Below are positions 35,230 through 45,772 of a stretch of DNA of 64,000 nucleotides, piece after piece. The notes beneath the pieces are model-generated. The model worked only from the letters and a program-made list of their open reading frames with translations, had not been told where the DNA came from and did no database searches. The translations under genes and the position numbers were made by a program. The stretch lies in the IMG/VR virus record IMGVR_UViG_3300042691_011955; one strand, written 5' to 3'. This stretch comes from an uncultured virus (IMG/VR IMGVR_UViG_3300042691_011955). Its lineage: Duplodnaviria; Heunggongvirae; Uroviricota; Caudoviricetes. The first letter of the stretch is position 1. Every line of letters begins with the position of its first letter.

Positions 35230-37911
35230 ATGGCAGACTTGTGGACGCAACCGTCTAATACTAAATTAGCTACGCTAGAAGAAAATGTTACAACAAGCAT
35301 AAATTTGCCGTTGGTTAATCCTTCATCTACGGTTTCTCTTATCAGTGGAAAATTGCCTGGTGGGATACGAATCCAAGGTTCTCAAATAGTAGGTACTCCT
35401 TACGAAGTGCCGCGTGTTACAGATTACAGATTTGTCCTAAGAGCTAGCTATAACAATGTAACTAGAGATAGAACATTTGTAATTACTGTAGGTGATGCTG
35501 ATGCACCTGTATGGCAAACAACTCCTGGATTATTACCAGTAGGTAATAACAATACATTTTATATTTTAGACAATTCACCAGTTGATTTTCAATTAGTGGC
35601 AACTGACGTTGATTTACCTATTGGTGAAAGTTTAGATTTTTATATAGCGTCCGGAGACGGACAATTACCGCCTGGTATACAATTAACCAGAGACGGCAGA
35701 TTAGTAGGAGTAGTTGATCCTATTCTTGCTATTGAAAGAACACTGCTTTATAATGCAGGCTCGTATGATACAGCGCCGTACGATTTTACTTCTGCAGGAT
35801 ATGATTTTGGCTTAAGATCATCTAATGGTTTTGATAGTTTTTTCTACGATACTGACATTTATGATTTTAACTATCCAGAACGAACACCTAAAAAATTAAA
35901 TAGATATTATCAATTTACTGTAAGTGTATCTGACGGAGATATTATATCTCGACGAACATTTAGAATTTATGTAGTAGGCGATGACTTTTTACGTGCTGAC
36001 AACACTATTATGCAGGTTGGTACAGGTACGTTTACTGCTGATAACACTAATATAAGAGTTCCCATATGGTTAACACCTAGCGACTTAGGTGTTAGACGAG
36101 CCAACAATTATATTACTTTGTTCTTAGATGTTATTGATTCAAATACATTAACAGGTATTGTTACATATTTCTTACAGGCTACTAATCCCGATAGTTCTCT
36201 TAGCAGACTACCTCCAGGACTAACACTAGATAGTAGCACCGGAGAAATTGCAGGTAAAGTGCCCTATCAAGCAGAGGTTACAAAAACTTTTAAATTTACT
36301 ATACGGGCTCAAAGATTTACCCCTGATCAAGCACAAGAATTAGTTGCAAGTAGTAAAACATTTACTGTAAAATTACTAGGGGAAATTAATTCTGAAACAA
36401 AATGGATTACTGATAGTAATCTAGGACTGTTGGGATCAAATGTTATTTCTGTACTAAAAGTTGAAGCAACTACAAATGTTCCCGGAAGTAACGTAATTTA
36501 TAACTTATCATCAGGAAGACTGCCGCCTGGACTTGCACTAAGTTTTGATGGTGAAGTTGTAGGTAAAGTAAATGCATTTGGTGAAAATGTTTATAAAAGC
36601 ACTTGGAAAAACGAACGACAATATACATTAAACGATGTTGTACGTTATCAAGGGTTGCTTTATCAAGCTCTGAGTACTCATCAGAGTACCAGTACTGGGT
36701 CATTTAGTACTGATCAGGCGCTATGGGCAAGATTTGCATATAGAACTAACGGGCTGACAGTATTTGATAATGATACATTTAGACTTGATGCCAATTCGAC
36801 TACAATAGATAGAGAATATCGTTTCACTGTTACTGCACAAGATCTTTACAAATATAGCGTAGTGAGTAAAGAATTTGTAATTAGAATATCAGACCCTGAT
36901 AGTAAAAAGTATAGTAATTTATACATGAAGCCTTTTCTTAAAGAACAAGTTAGAAGAAACTTTAATGCTTTCATTTCTAATCCAGAAATTTTTATTCCAG
37001 AATACATTTATCGACCAAGCGATCCTAATTTTGGTATACAACGTGAAATTAAAATGCTTGCATATGCTGGTATTGAAACTAAAGAATTACAAGAAGTAGT
37101 TAGAGCAATGTCTACAAATCATAGAAGAAAACGCTATCGAGTGGGCGATTTAAAGAGTGCTATTGCAAAAGTTCCTGGAACTAATGATATAGTTTATGAA
37201 GTACTTTATTTGGATGTAATAGATCCTTATAATCCAAGTGAAGGTCGAACTAAGAAAAGTATTACAGTACGTAATTCTAAAAAGATTAAAGTTAATTCTG
37301 TTAGTGCAACGCCTAAAGACATGTTTTACGACTACGAAGAAAAACCTTCTTTTACAGTACAGGCTAGAGGAAAAACTATTACTGTTACACTAGGCGAAGA
37401 TTTCGTAGTTGAAACTAGAGCTGATGGAGAATTTAAGTTAAAATGGGAAGATGGATTGGAAATAGATTCTAGAACAGAAACTAGAATTCTATCAATACTA
37501 GAGGGACTATCTCCAAACATGGTGTTAAGACCCGAACCTGAAGCTAATACAGTTAAAGCGGATTCTAATATATACACTGCTGGACAGACAATTGATTCAA
37601 TAAAATATATCAGTAATATCACAAACATGCGTGATAATATACGACCGTTAGGTCGTACTGAAAGATCTTTTGTTCCGCTTTGGATGCGATCATCACAACA
37701 GAGTAGTGTAGACGAACTAGGTTATACTCCATCGTTGGTGTTGTGCTATTGTAAACCAGGAACTAGTCAAATTATTCAAAGTGCCATTAAAGCTAGCAAT
37801 TTTGACTTTAGTCAATTTGACTTAGACATGGACAGATACATTATTGATAATACTCTTATAAGCAGTAAATCGCAGTATTTACTGTTCGCAAATTATCAGT
37901 ACAATATATAA
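35230..37911 (+). CDS. structural protein with Ig-like repeats (baseplate wedge-like)
   Basis: Repeated SG.LPPG..L...G.I.G motifs. Confidence 0.75.
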   Translation: MADLWTQPSNTKLATLEENVTTSINLPLVNPSSTVSLISGKLPGGIRIQGSQIVGTPYEVPRVTDYRFVLRASYNNVTRDRTFVITVGDADAPVWQTTPGLLPVGNNNTFYILDNSPVDFQLVATDVDLPIGESLDFYIASGDGQLPPGIQLTRDGRLVGVVDPILAIERTLLYNAGSYDTAPYDFTSAGYDFGLRSSNGFDSFFYDTDIYDFNYPERTPKKLNRYYQFTVSVSDGDIISRRTFRIYVVGDDFLRADNTIMQVGTGTFTADNTNIRVPIWLTPSDLGVRRANNYITLFLDVIDSNTLTGIVTYFLQATNPDSSLSRLPPGLTLDSSTGEIAGKVPYQAEVTKTFKFTIRAQRFTPDQAQELVASSKTFTVKLLGEINSETKWITDSNLGLLGSNVISVLKVEATTNVPGSNVIYNLSSGRLPPGLALSFDGEVVGKVNAFGENVYKSTWKNERQYTLNDVVRYQGLLYQALSTHQSTSTGSFSTDQALWARFAYRTNGLTVFDNDTFRLDANSTTIDREYRFTVTAQDLYKYSVVSKEFVIRISDPDSKKYSNLYMKPFLKEQVRRNFNAFISNPEIFIPEYIYRPSDPNFGIQREIKMLAYAGIETKELQEVVRAMSTNHRRKRYRVGDLKSAIAKVPGTNDIVYEVLYLDVIDPYNPSEGRTKKSITVRNSKKIKVNSVSATPKDMFYDYEEKPSFTVQARGKTITVTLGEDFVVETRADGEFKLKWEDGLEIDSRTETRILSILEGLSPNMVLRPEPEANTVKADSNIYTAGQTIDSIKYISNITNMRDNIRPLGRTERSFVPLWMRSSQQSSVDELGYTPSLVLCYCKPGTSQIIQSAIKASNFDFSQFDLDMDRYIIDNTLISSKSQYLLFANYQYNI

Positions 37912-37943
37912 AGTAAATAAATACTGTTAGGAGATAAATTAAA

Positions 37944-38546
37944 ATGGCTAGTAATATAAATTATATAAATGTCGACGAAAGTTTTCCAATAGCTGGACAG
38001 GACAACGATAGTCAGGGTTTTCGAGATAACTTTGCAACAATTAAAAGTAGTTTAGCATCTGCTAAAACTGAGATTACAAATCTTCAAGATAATACTGCAA
38101 AATTAAACGTTAACAATAACTTTAATCAAAACGAAATTTCAAATGCTAAACTTAGAAACACACCATATGTGTTTTTTAATAAAAATATTAACCAAGGCGA
38201 TACGCATAATTTACTGTTCAGTGACGGAAGTTACCAGCAATTAAATATCAACAATTTTGCTATTATAGATTTAGAAGATTTTAGACCACCAAACGGTGCT
38301 CAAGTTCAGTTTAAAATTCAAATTTTGTTTAATGGAAACGGAACAGTTGAGTGGCTTACTGGATCTCCAAGCAATGTTTTTAGGGTTAATTCTACCTGGC
38401 CTAAGAGAGTAAACCCAACTAATCCATTTACTGTTACGACAAATCAACCCGTTCTAGTTGATATTTGGACAACTGACGGTATAACATTCTACGGCCATTA
38501 TTACGGAAACTATGTAACGATTGCTCAAGACGATGGTATCATTTAA
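37944..38546 (+). CDS. structural protein
   Basis: FPIAGQDNDSQGFRDNF; late motif upstream. Confidence 0.65.
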   Translation: MASNINYINVDESFPIAGQDNDSQGFRDNFATIKSSLASAKTEITNLQDNTAKLNVNNNFNQNEISNAKLRNTPYVFFNKNINQGDTHNLLFSDGSYQQLNINNFAIIDLEDFRPPNGAQVQFKIQILFNGNGTVEWLTGSPSNVFRVNSTWPKRVNPTNPFTVTTNQPVLVDIWTTDGITFYGHYYGNYVTIAQDDGII

Positions 38547-38772
38547 TCCTCTAGTAGACGATTTTTCAAAACTTTCAGACCTTGAAGTAGAATCAAAGGT
38601 TACTGATCTAGGGCGAAAATATTTTATGTCTAGAAATCCAGAAGTACAAATGCAGATAGCAGCACTGCTAGGAATGTACAAGGAAGAAATGCAAGCAAGG
38701 CGTGCTCGCACACAATTACAATCACAACAAAACGGCAATTCTGATCTTGACAATTTAATCAATATCAGCTAA
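38533..38772 (+). CDS. hypothetical protein
   Basis: ORF in gene run. Confidence 0.6.
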   Translation: MVSFNPLVDDFSKLSDLEVESKVTDLGRKYFMSRNPEVQMQIAALLGMYKEEMQARRARTQLQSQQNGNSDLDNLINIS

Positions 38773-38781
38773 TATAGTTAG

Positions 38782-39339
38782 ATGCTTATTAAAACTGACA
38801 AGTTAGGGGTGCCTAGATTTTCTAACCAAGACTTAATATCTATGATCTATAGCGGACATGTAGATAAATGTCACGTAGTACTATGCGAGCCTTCCGATGA
38901 CATTGATAAATTTAATGCTACTATGGAAGAACAAGGACTCCCAACATTAACCAAATACATTGCACTAGATGTAGATCAGAAAGATTTTGACAACGCTTTA
39001 CAGTCAGAATGGTTCATGCCTGAAGATTATAAAAATCTAGATATAGGTGCCTATATCATGCATAAGTTGATGCAAAAACTAGGCACAATTGAACCCTACG
39101 AAATACAAGAACGAGAAGAATACAAAAGAGTATGCGAAGAATTAGATGCATTTGGTGAGCATAATATGCAGGATTTGCTTCGATATATGGTATATCTTGT
39201 AGACTTTATGAGAGAAAATAACATAGTTTGGGGAGTTGGGAGAGGCTCTAGTGTAGCAAGTTATATTTTATATCTAATTGGTATACACAGAATTGATTCA
39301 ATTCAGTATAACCTAGACTGGCGAGAGTTCTTGAGATAA
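38782..39339 (+). CDS. DNA polymerase III alpha (DnaE)-like fragment
   Basis: GVGRGSSVASYILYLIGIHRID..Y.L...EFL resembles DnaE GPGRGSAAGSLVAY.LGIT.IDP...LLFERFL. Confidence 0.85.
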   Translation: MLIKTDKLGVPRFSNQDLISMIYSGHVDKCHVVLCEPSDDIDKFNATMEEQGLPTLTKYIALDVDQKDFDNALQSEWFMPEDYKNLDIGAYIMHKLMQKLGTIEPYEIQEREEYKRVCEELDAFGEHNMQDLLRYMVYLVDFMRENNIVWGVGRGSSVASYILYLIGIHRIDSIQYNLDWREFLR

Positions 39340-39367
39340 GTACATATATAATATTAGGAGAATTAAT

Positions 39368-39706
39368 ATGCCAATGAAACAACCACAAAAAAAGATTTAC
39401 AAAACTGCCCAAGGCAAAATAGTTGATATGGACATGCTTAGGCAGCGCAACGAACTTACACCTGCTGTAGGTAATGCTCGCGTAAATGCTAGAGGAGATG
39501 AATTAGGTCCTGGCGGGAAAGTTATTCGTAAGCGGGAAGATGTTCTTAAAGAATATTACGACACAGCACAAGGTGTAGCAGATCAAACGCCAGTAAGAAA
39601 AGCTAAAACTGTTACAGAAACAGCAAGTGAAGAAGAATGGGTTGAGGACGACGAAGGTAATTTTGTTCCGGCAGACGAAGTTAAAGTTACAAAAAGAGGG
39701 CGTTAA
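39368..39706 (+). CDS. hypothetical protein
   Basis: AGGAG RBS. Confidence 0.7.
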   Translation: MPMKQPQKKIYKTAQGKIVDMDMLRQRNELTPAVGNARVNARGDELGPGGKVIRKREDVLKEYYDTAQGVADQTPVRKAKTVTETASEEEWVEDDEGNFVPADEVKVTKRGR

Positions 39707-40107
39707 TGAGTATTCAGCTTAACGTTACCAAAGGCAAACCAAGAGCAGTTAGTAATAGAGTACTAGTCTCCGATATGTACTTTGGTGAGCAAAAAACTAC
39801 AAGCGGCATTGTGCTAACGTCAGACGACGGAACTACTCGAGGAATTTATCCTCGCTGGGCAAAGGTTTACTGTAAAGGTCCAAATAATAAAGATCCTTAT
39901 GAGATTGGACAGTGGATCCTAGTTGAACACGGACGCTGGACTCGAGGGTTCAAAGTTGATGACGGAGAAGGCGAAAAAGAGCTACGTATGGTTGAATCTG
40001 AAAGTGTTCTTGCCTATGCAGATGAAAAACCAAATGATGTTTATGTTGGTCAAGAATATGCCAACGGATCTAGTACTACTATTAAACCGGAAGATTTTAT
40101 AAAATGA
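39706..40107 (+). CDS. groES: GroES-like co-chaperonin
   Basis: RVLV..EQKTTSGIVL mobile loop, V...GP, C-terminal ESVLA. Confidence 0.8.
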   Translation: MSIQLNVTKGKPRAVSNRVLVSDMYFGEQKTTSGIVLTSDDGTTRGIYPRWAKVYCKGPNNKDPYEIGQWILVEHGRWTRGFKVDDGEGEKELRMVESESVLAYADEKPNDVYVGQEYANGSSTTIKPEDFIK

Positions 40108-40505
40108 CAAATCCCTTCAGAGATCAAGAAAAATTTATGCGAGCCTGTGACCAAACAGTTGGTGAGAGTAACTTAAATCAATTTGGTCTGTATACAAAAT
40201 TGATAGAAGAAGAGTATAAAGAATTTAAACATGCCTGTGATATGAATGATAATGTAGAAGCATTAGATGCTTTAATTGATATTTTAGTTGTAACAATTGG
40301 AGCTATTCACAGTGCAGGATTTGATGCAGAAGGTGCATGGAAAGAAGTTATGCGTACTAACTTTGCTAAGATTGATAAGGACACTGGCAAGGTTCGAAAG
40401 CGTGAGGACGGCAAAGTATTGAAACCTGTGGGATGGACTGCTCCGGATTTAAAACCGTTTGTAACCAAAATACCACCTAATGGATTTGTAACAGACTGCG
40501 TTTAA
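40104..40505 (+). CDS. MazG-like NTP pyrophosphohydrolase
   Basis: LIEEEYKE, LDALIDIL, KREDGKVLKP. Confidence 0.88.
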   Translation: MTNPFRDQEKFMRACDQTVGESNLNQFGLYTKLIEEEYKEFKHACDMNDNVEALDALIDILVVTIGAIHSAGFDAEGAWKEVMRTNFAKIDKDTGKVRKREDGKVLKPVGWTAPDLKPFVTKIPPNGFVTDCV

Positions 40506-40515
40506 CCTAAATTAC

Positions 40516-40544
40516 TTGACTCCTAATAGATTATGCAGTATAAT
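40516..40544 (+). promoter_or_regulatory. sigma70 promoter
   Basis: TTGACT-17-TATAAT. Confidence 0.75.
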
Positions 40545-40570
40545 GTATATAAACTATTAGGAGTTTTCTT

Positions 40571-41110
40571 TTGGCCACACACGGAATGATTGACTTAGAA
40601 ACACTTGGTGTAGAACCTGATTGTGTCGTAATGACAATAGGTGCTATTAAGTTTGATCCTTTTACTGATGCAGAACCGCATAGCGGTTTATACTTGCGTT
40701 GCGATGTTGATGAACAGACGGCCATGGGCAGGACTATTGACGACAATACTCTAGCTTGGTGGGCAAAACAAGACGAAGCTATCAAAGAAGAAGCATTTGG
40801 CGAACACAAACGAGCGTCAATGGATCAAGTTACAAGAGCAATCAACAAGTTTTGCGTAGGATTAGATGTATTATGGTGTCAAGGTCCGTTGTTTGACTAT
40901 GCTATTTTACAAAATCTTTACAAGCAACTGGGAAAGCCTGCACCGTGGCACTATTGGCAGATTCGCGATAGTCGAACACTGTTTTCTATGATGCCTCAAG
41001 ATCCTCGAAAAGCAATTCAAGAAAGTTTACACAATGCGCTTGCTGACTGTTATTATCAAGCAAAGTGTGTACAACAAAGTTACAAGCATTTTGGAGTTAA
41101 AGCAAGATGA
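40571..41110 (+). CDS. DEDDh 3'-5' exonuclease
   Basis: MIDLETL, FD, RDSRT, HNALAD. Confidence 0.9.
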   Translation: MATHGMIDLETLGVEPDCVVMTIGAIKFDPFTDAEPHSGLYLRCDVDEQTAMGRTIDDNTLAWWAKQDEAIKEEAFGEHKRASMDQVTRAINKFCVGLDVLWCQGPLFDYAILQNLYKQLGKPAPWHYWQIRDSRTLFSMMPQDPRKAIQESLHNALADCYYQAKCVQQSYKHFGVKAR

Positions 41111-41451
41111 TAAATGGCATTACATCTAACAGTAGATATATTACTGTGTCAGATGGTTCAGGTACTAATCCGTATATTAGTCCCGGAGCAGTAGGAGCAG
41201 GCATGATGCGCTGGAACCCAAACATGAATTGTATGGAAGTATGTGACGGTAATAGTTGGAAGTCTTTAGGTATGAGCTATGCCAGCGTGGGACTAACAGG
41301 TGAAACTGAATCTTTGTTAGACTGGGCTAGAGAAAAACGTATGGAAGAACAACGACTACAGGAAATGATGGAGAAGTATCCAGCACTTAAAAAAGCCAAA
41401 GATAACTTTGATATATTACTCAATATAGTTAAGGATGATTTTAAGCAATGA
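41107..41451 (+). CDS. hypothetical protein
   Basis: Coupled ORF. Confidence 0.65.
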   Translation: MINGITSNSRYITVSDGSGTNPYISPGAVGAGMMRWNPNMNCMEVCDGNSWKSLGMSYASVGLTGETESLLDWAREKRMEEQRLQEMMEKYPALKKAKDNFDILLNIVKDDFKQ

Positions 41452-41852
41452 AAATAGGTTTTACTTGTTCAACTTTTGATTTGTTTCATGCCGGGCATGT
41501 AATGATGCTGGAAGAGGCAAAAACACAATGTGAGTTTTTAATTGTAGGATTACAGACTGACCCTACACTTGATAGGCCCGATACTAAAAATAAACCTGTA
41601 CAAGGAGTATTTGAACGTTGGGCACAATTGAAGGCTTGTAAATTTGTAGATCAAATCGTACCTTACTCCACTGAGCGAGAGTTACGCGATATTCTTTTAT
41701 CGTTTCCTATCAATATTAGAATTTTAGGTGAAGAGTATCAAAGTAAAGAATTTACGGGACACGACATTCCTATGGAATTTTACTTTAATAAACGTAGACA
41801 CAGTTTTTCAACTTCAGAATTAAGACAACGTGTAATAGAGGCCACAAAATGA
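41448..41852 (+). CDS. cytidylyltransferase (TagD-like)
   Basis: TFDLFHAGH (HXGH), RHSFSTSELR. Confidence 0.9.
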   Translation: MKIGFTCSTFDLFHAGHVMMLEEAKTQCEFLIVGLQTDPTLDRPDTKNKPVQGVFERWAQLKACKFVDQIVPYSTERELRDILLSFPINIRILGEEYQSKEFTGHDIPMEFYFNKRRHSFSTSELRQRVIEATK

Positions 41853-42019
41853 AATGTGATACTTGCGGTGAAAATTTAAAAGAAAATGGTTATGGATGTG
41901 ACTGGCGACAAGGTCGTTGCCCGCATCGCCATCCCATGTTTAACGAAATCGTACTTGACAATTACAAGATGCGATATTATAATTTAGTACAAACTATTAA
42001 AGGCTGGTTTAAATTTTGA
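41849..42019 (+). CDS. small Cys-rich protein
   Basis: 56-aa ORF filling the gap, coupled. Confidence 0.5.
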   Translation: MKCDTCGENLKENGYGCDWRQGRCPHRHPMFNEIVLDNYKMRYYNLVQTIKGWFKF

Positions 42020-42207
42020 GAAACTTAGAATTAGAAGATGCTGTAATAGCATTACATGACACAGCTAGAACTGTTGAAAAAAGAATTGGTCGAGGTCAAT
42101 TAAGCGACGACATTAGATCCTGTGCAGATCGATTGCATCAATATTTAAGAACCGATGCATCAATTAATATACTAACACAAAATATTATTAACAAGGCAGA
42201 AGAATGA
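42016..42207 (+). CDS. hypothetical protein
   Basis: Coupled ORF. Confidence 0.55.
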   Translation: MRNLELEDAVIALHDTARTVEKRIGRGQLSDDIRSCADRLHQYLRTDASINILTQNIINKAEE

Positions 42208-43118
42208 AAGAACTATGGGTAGAAAAGTATCGTCCTAAAAAGGTCAACGGATATGTGTTCCGAGATGACGCACAACGAAAACAAATACAGCAATGGATTA
42301 AAGACCAAAGTATTCCTCACTTACTGTTTAGTGGCAATGCAGGTATTGGTAAAACCACTCTTGCTCGGATTTTGTTTAATGAATTAGATATTAACGATCT
42401 AGACATTATGGAGATTAACGCAAGTCGTGAAAACAATGCAGATACTATTCGTGACAAAATCACAAACTTTGTACAAATGATTCCGTTTGGCCCGTTCAAG
42501 GTTGTACTGCTGGATGAGGCAGATTACTTAACTCCAAATGCACAGGCTATCTTGCGCGGTGTTATGGAAGAGTATCATACCACAGCAAGATTTATTCTAA
42601 CTTGTAACTATCCTAACAGGATCATTCCTGCGATTCACAGTCGCTGTCAAGGCTTCCACGTTGCAAAAGTAGATCAAACTGAGTTTACTGCTAGAGTAGC
42701 TGAGATCCTTATCACTGAAGAAGTAGAATTTGACATTGATACTCTTGACACATATGTTAAAGCAACATATCCAGACCTCCGTAAGTGCATTAATACTGTT
42801 CAAATGAACAGTCAAGAAGGTAAATTAGTAAAACCCAATGAGGCAGACACTGGTGAAGCAGACTGGAAGATTCATATGGTAGAACTATTTAAAGCTGGTA
42901 AGATCAGCGAAGCACGAAAACTACTGTGCGGAAGTGTTCGACCTGAAGAAATGGAAGATATTTTCCGCTGGCTTTATGACAATATTGAACTGTTTGGTGA
43001 CGAAGAAAAACAAAACTCTGCGGTGCTTACTATCAAACAAGGATTAGTTGATCATACTCTTGTAGTAGATCCAGAAATAAATCTTGCCGCAACTCTTATT
43101 AGACTTGCAAGACTGTAA
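42204..43118 (+). CDS. clamp loader AAA+ subunit (T4 gp44/RFC small-like)
   Basis: WVEKYRP, GNAGIGKTT, LDEAD, SRC motif. Confidence 0.95.
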   Translation: MKELWVEKYRPKKVNGYVFRDDAQRKQIQQWIKDQSIPHLLFSGNAGIGKTTLARILFNELDINDLDIMEINASRENNADTIRDKITNFVQMIPFGPFKVVLLDEADYLTPNAQAILRGVMEEYHTTARFILTCNYPNRIIPAIHSRCQGFHVAKVDQTEFTARVAEILITEEVEFDIDTLDTYVKATYPDLRKCINTVQMNSQEGKLVKPNEADTGEADWKIHMVELFKAGKISEARKLLCGSVRPEEMEDIFRWLYDNIELFGDEEKQNSAVLTIKQGLVDHTLVVDPEINLAATLIRLARL

Positions 43119-43139
43119 TAATTAAGTAAAGGAAATTAA

Positions 43140-43841
43140 ATGAGAGTTCGTATTGTAGGCTATACTGTAGCAGACCCAGAATTTGTAGAAGAATGTAAAG
43201 CAGAAGCTCTGGCCAAGGGTAAAACAGAACCAGAATTTGCAGACATTCAAGATCTAATTGCGTTTTGCGCAAGAGTTAGTAACCCAGCTAACCAAATGAA
43301 TGAAGAAACTAGTGCTAAACTTATCAAATATTTGATCAAACACAGTCACTGGAGTCCACTCGAGATGGTTAATGCTACTCTCGAAATTGATACTACTCGT
43401 GATATTGCACATCAAATTGTGCGTCATCGCAGTTTTTCCTTTCAAGAGTTTAGCCAGAGGTATGCTAACCCAGAAGACATGGGCGACATGTTTGAATATT
43501 CAGAAGCAAGATTGCAAGATGAAAAGAATCGTCAGAACAGTATTGAAACTGAAGACCGTCAGTTAGCCATAGACTGGTTGCATGCACAGATGCGAGTAGC
43601 ACATAACTGTAAGAAAGAATACGACTGGGCTATTAAAAACGGTATTGCTAAAGAACAAGCACGTAAGGTTTTGCCAGAAGGCATTACCAAGACACGATTA
43701 TACATGCAAGGCAGTTTGCGTAGCTGGTTACACTATATTGAACTACGCAGTGCAAATGGCACACAGAAAGAACACATGGCTATTGCGATTGCTTGTGCAG
43801 AAATCATTGGAAAGATCTTTCCGTTGATGAATGAATTATGA
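43140..43841 (+). CDS. thyX: flavin-dependent thymidylate synthase
   Basis: HWSPLE, RHRSFSFQEFSQRY. Confidence 0.96.
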   Translation: MRVRIVGYTVADPEFVEECKAEALAKGKTEPEFADIQDLIAFCARVSNPANQMNEETSAKLIKYLIKHSHWSPLEMVNATLEIDTTRDIAHQIVRHRSFSFQEFSQRYANPEDMGDMFEYSEARLQDEKNRQNSIETEDRQLAIDWLHAQMRVAHNCKKEYDWAIKNGIAKEQARKVLPEGITKTRLYMQGSLRSWLHYIELRSANGTQKEHMAIAIACAEIIGKIFPLMNEL

Positions 43842-44308
43842 AAGCAAAGTTTGTAGATGCATACATGGATGTTGCTGACAGGTTTAGCAAATTAAGTTCT
43901 GCTAAACGACTGCAAGTTGGTGCTATTGTTGTTAAAGATGATAGGATTATCAGTATTGGCTATAACGGTATGCCTAGTGGGTGGGACAATAATTGCGAAC
44001 ACGAAGATATTGGATTTAGTGATGCAGTGTTTGGAGAGTCACAATCTCTAGTTAATAGAGGTTTAAAAACGAGACCAGAGGTTTTACACGCAGAGTCAAA
44101 CGCCATAGCAAAATTAGCCCGCAGTTCTGAGAGCGGAGATGGTGCTACGTTATTTGTAACGCACCAACCTTGCATGGAATGTGCTAAATTGATCTATCAA
44201 AGTGGCATAAAAGCTGTTTATTATGCCCATCCATACAGACTCAACGATGGTCTAGACTTTTTACAAAAGTCAAATATCAATGTTATTAAAGTAGAAAAGG
44301 GCTCGTAA
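43838..44308 (+). CDS. dCMP deaminase
   Basis: GYNG, HAE, PCMEC. Confidence 0.95.
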   Translation: MKAKFVDAYMDVADRFSKLSSAKRLQVGAIVVKDDRIISIGYNGMPSGWDNNCEHEDIGFSDAVFGESQSLVNRGLKTRPEVLHAESNAIAKLARSSESGDGATLFVTHQPCMECAKLIYQSGIKAVYYAHPYRLNDGLDFLQKSNINVIKVEKGS

Positions 44309-44322
44309 GCCCTTTTCCTTTT
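44294..44322. terminator. bidirectional intrinsic terminator between convergent genes
   Basis: GAAAAGGGCT-CGTA-AGCCCTTTTC. Confidence 0.8.
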
Positions 44323-44334
44323 AGTCTATATTAC

Positions 44335-45051
44335 TTATTCATCTCCGTAAAGTTGTAATACTTCCTTAACTGCCTCGTGACGTTCGATGTCTCCTTGTTC
44401 GAAACGGACTATGTCCAAATGTTTTAATTGTTTGGATTCAAGCTGTTCGATAAAACTTATCAAGCCGTTATCTTTTAAACGATCTGCTTGAGCTAAATCT
44501 CCTGTTACAGCCATCATTGAGCCTTCTCCTAATCTAGTTAAGAGCATTTTCATTTGATTTTGAGTTGCATTTTGCATTTCATCAGCTAGAATAAATGCAT
44601 TTTTGAATGTCCTGCCTCGCATATAGGCTAGGGGTGCAATTTCAATGATGCCTTCTTCTATCATGCCTTCTATTTCCTTAGCATTAAAGTATTCGCGTAA
44701 GACGTCAAATATAGGTCTTGTCCACGGTGCCATCTTTTGTTCTAGTGTGCCTGGTAAAAATCCTATATCCTCATCTACTGATACTGCTGGTCTTGTAACA
44801 ATAATTTTGTCAATTTCGCCTTCTTTAAACAATTTTACAGCCACCTGCACCGCAATAAGCGTTTTGCCGGTTCCTGCTGGACCCACTCCGAAGACTATAT
44901 CTTTCTTTGGATCTAGTAATTTTAGCATGTAAGTTTCTTGGTGTTTATTGCGTGGAAGAATTTGCACTTGACGCTTGTGTTTATAATTGTTGATATCTAC
45001 AACGTTTTCAAAGTTTTGTTTTTTAGTACGAGACGCTCTTTTTGCACTCAT
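44335..45051 (-). CDS. phoH: PhoH family ATPase
   Basis: GPAGTGKT, GFLPG, YMRGRTF, DEMQN; GGAGG RBS before ATG 45051. Confidence 0.95.
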   Translation of the reverse strand: MSAKRASRTKKQNFENVVDINNYKHKRQVQILPRNKHQETYMLKLLDPKKDIVFGVGPAGTGKTLIAVQVAVKLFKEGEIDKIIVTRPAVSVDEDIGFLPGTLEQKMAPWTRPIFDVLREYFNAKEIEGMIEEGIIEIAPLAYMRGRTFKNAFILADEMQNATQNQMKMLLTRLGEGSMMAVTGDLAQADRLKDNGLISFIEQLESKQLKHLDIVRFEQGDIERHEAVKEVLQLYGDE

Positions 45052-45202
45052 TAAGTCCTCCTTACGGATATTGAGTAACTGTGTACAGCGTTCCGGGCTG
45101 GAACACCCTACAAAGATATTTAGCTCAGACCTCCAAAAGTAAAAACATAATGTTATCTTTTTGATGCGATAAATAAGTATAGTAGATTTATAGGACAGCA
45201 CA

Positions 45203-45772
45203 ATGCACGACATTTATGACGTTATTAAAAACATCGAAGGAATATACGAAAACGACACTGCTTTTCAGGTGTTGAAAGACTTCGAACGAGTTCTAGACGA
45301 ACTAGATCTTTATGTATATGCTAATTGGGAAGATGCTGAACTTTTAAGCGGCCCTGTGATTGATCGCCATTGGGTTACATGCTCGTTTATGTGGCCACGC
45401 AACAAGATGCCGGATCCAATGGGAGGCAAGCGTCTAGTAGACTATGATTGTAAGATAGGCTATAAAAAAGACTACGTCATTGTTCCTAGAAAAATTAAAG
45501 ACCCTGATGATATTCGACCAGGAACTAAAAAAGGAAAGCTGGATAGAAACCCAGTATGGATTGTTGAAATTCAAATGCCTAAGAAATTAATCGTTGATAT
45601 CTATACAGGATATAACGAAATGGAGAGTTTTGAAACTGAACCTGCTGTGGCTGCTAATTCTCCAGGATCAGAATCACAACCTGCTGATCAATCAATGGCT
45701 CCACCAGTAGCTGCACCGGGCGGAGCAGTGGCTGCACCCAGCGGCAGCGAACCAACCGGAGGTGTAGCATAA
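45203..45772 (+). CDS. hypothetical protein
   Basis: Late motif upstream; 189 aa. Confidence 0.7.
   Translation: MHDIYDVIKNIEGIYENDTAFQVLKDFERVLDELDLYVYANWEDAELLSGPVIDRHWVTCSFMWPRNKMPDPMGGKRLVDYDCKIGYKKDYVIVPRKIKDPDDIRPGTKKGKLDRNPVWIVEIQMPKKLIVDIYTGYNEMESFETEPAVAANSPGSESQPADQSMAPPVAAPGGAVAAPSGSEPTGGVA

Noticed and set aside
45052..45213. N-terminal extension of PhoH in the ORF track
   Set aside because: The RBS sits before ATG 45051; the extension spans the divergent promoter region
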